The notes under the pieces were generated by a model. The model saw only the letters and a program-made list of their open reading frames with translations. It was not told the origin of the DNA and ran no database searches. From IMG/VR virus record IMGVR_UViG_2869947659_000004: 16,653 nucleotides of DNA; one strand, given 5' to 3'. The translations under genes and the position numbers were made by a program. This DNA is from a virus. Taxonomy: Duplodnaviria > Heunggongvirae > Uroviricota > Caudoviricetes. Shown one piece after another: positions 16,331 through 16,653 of this stretch. Every line of letters begins with the position of its first letter. Within the stretch, counting starts at the first letter, position 1.

Positions 16331-16653
16331 TTTTTTGCCCGTCCATATTCAACGGCTTCTTTGAGGAGTTCATTTTCCATCGTTTTCTTGCCGAGCAGGC
16401 GCTGGAGTTCTTTAATCTGCTTCATGGCGGCAGCAAGTTCAGAGGCAGGAACAACCTGTTCTCCGGCGGCCACAGCAGTAAGACTTCCTTCCTGGTATTG
16501 CTTACGCCAGAGAAATAACTGGCTGGCTGCTACACCATGTTGCCGGGCAACGAGGGAGACCGTCATCCCCGGTTCAAAGCTCTGCTGAACAATTGCGATC
16601 TTTTCCTGTGTGGTACGCCGTCTGCGTTTCTCCGGCCCTAAGACATCAATCAT
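16288..16653 (-). CDS. insC: IS2 InsC (OrfA)
   Basis: [56 protein letters not shown]…; the start codon is at the last three bases of the window. Confidence 0.95.

Larger units (their letters stand above)
15414..16653 (-). mobile_element. IS2, right 1240 bp; left end lies beyond the window
   Basis: Right terminal repeat TGGATTTGCCCCTATATTTCCAGACATCTGTTATCACTTAACCC at 15414; insC and insD on the minus strand. Confidence 0.95.

Overview
This window is an IS-riddled remnant of a lambdoid prophage, with an architecture typical of Shigella / E. coli chromosomes. About half of it is insertion sequence: two inverted copies of an IS3-family IS629/IS1203-like element, an IS66-family element, one complete and one truncated IS600, an IS1 and an IS2. 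Between them, on the minus strand, lies a late-region block laid out like the Stx-phage late region but with no toxin genes: a tRNA cluster (CAU, Arg-UCG, Arg-UCU), a nanS-p-like sialate O-acetylesterase split by IS600, and a lysis cassette (S21-like pinholin, DUF1327 protein, SAR endolysin, Rz/Rz1 spanins). A beta-class DNA methyltransferase abuts IS1, and on the other side of IS1 sit a 5'-truncated xis and an int truncated by IS600. I found no recognisable defence system. The most interesting unexplained pieces are two small membrane-protein ORFs inserted between the endolysin and the spanins, and a lipoprotein that consists of little more than a TonB C-terminal domain. All identifications are from reading the translations and junctions and from recalled family sequences; nothing was searched against a database.
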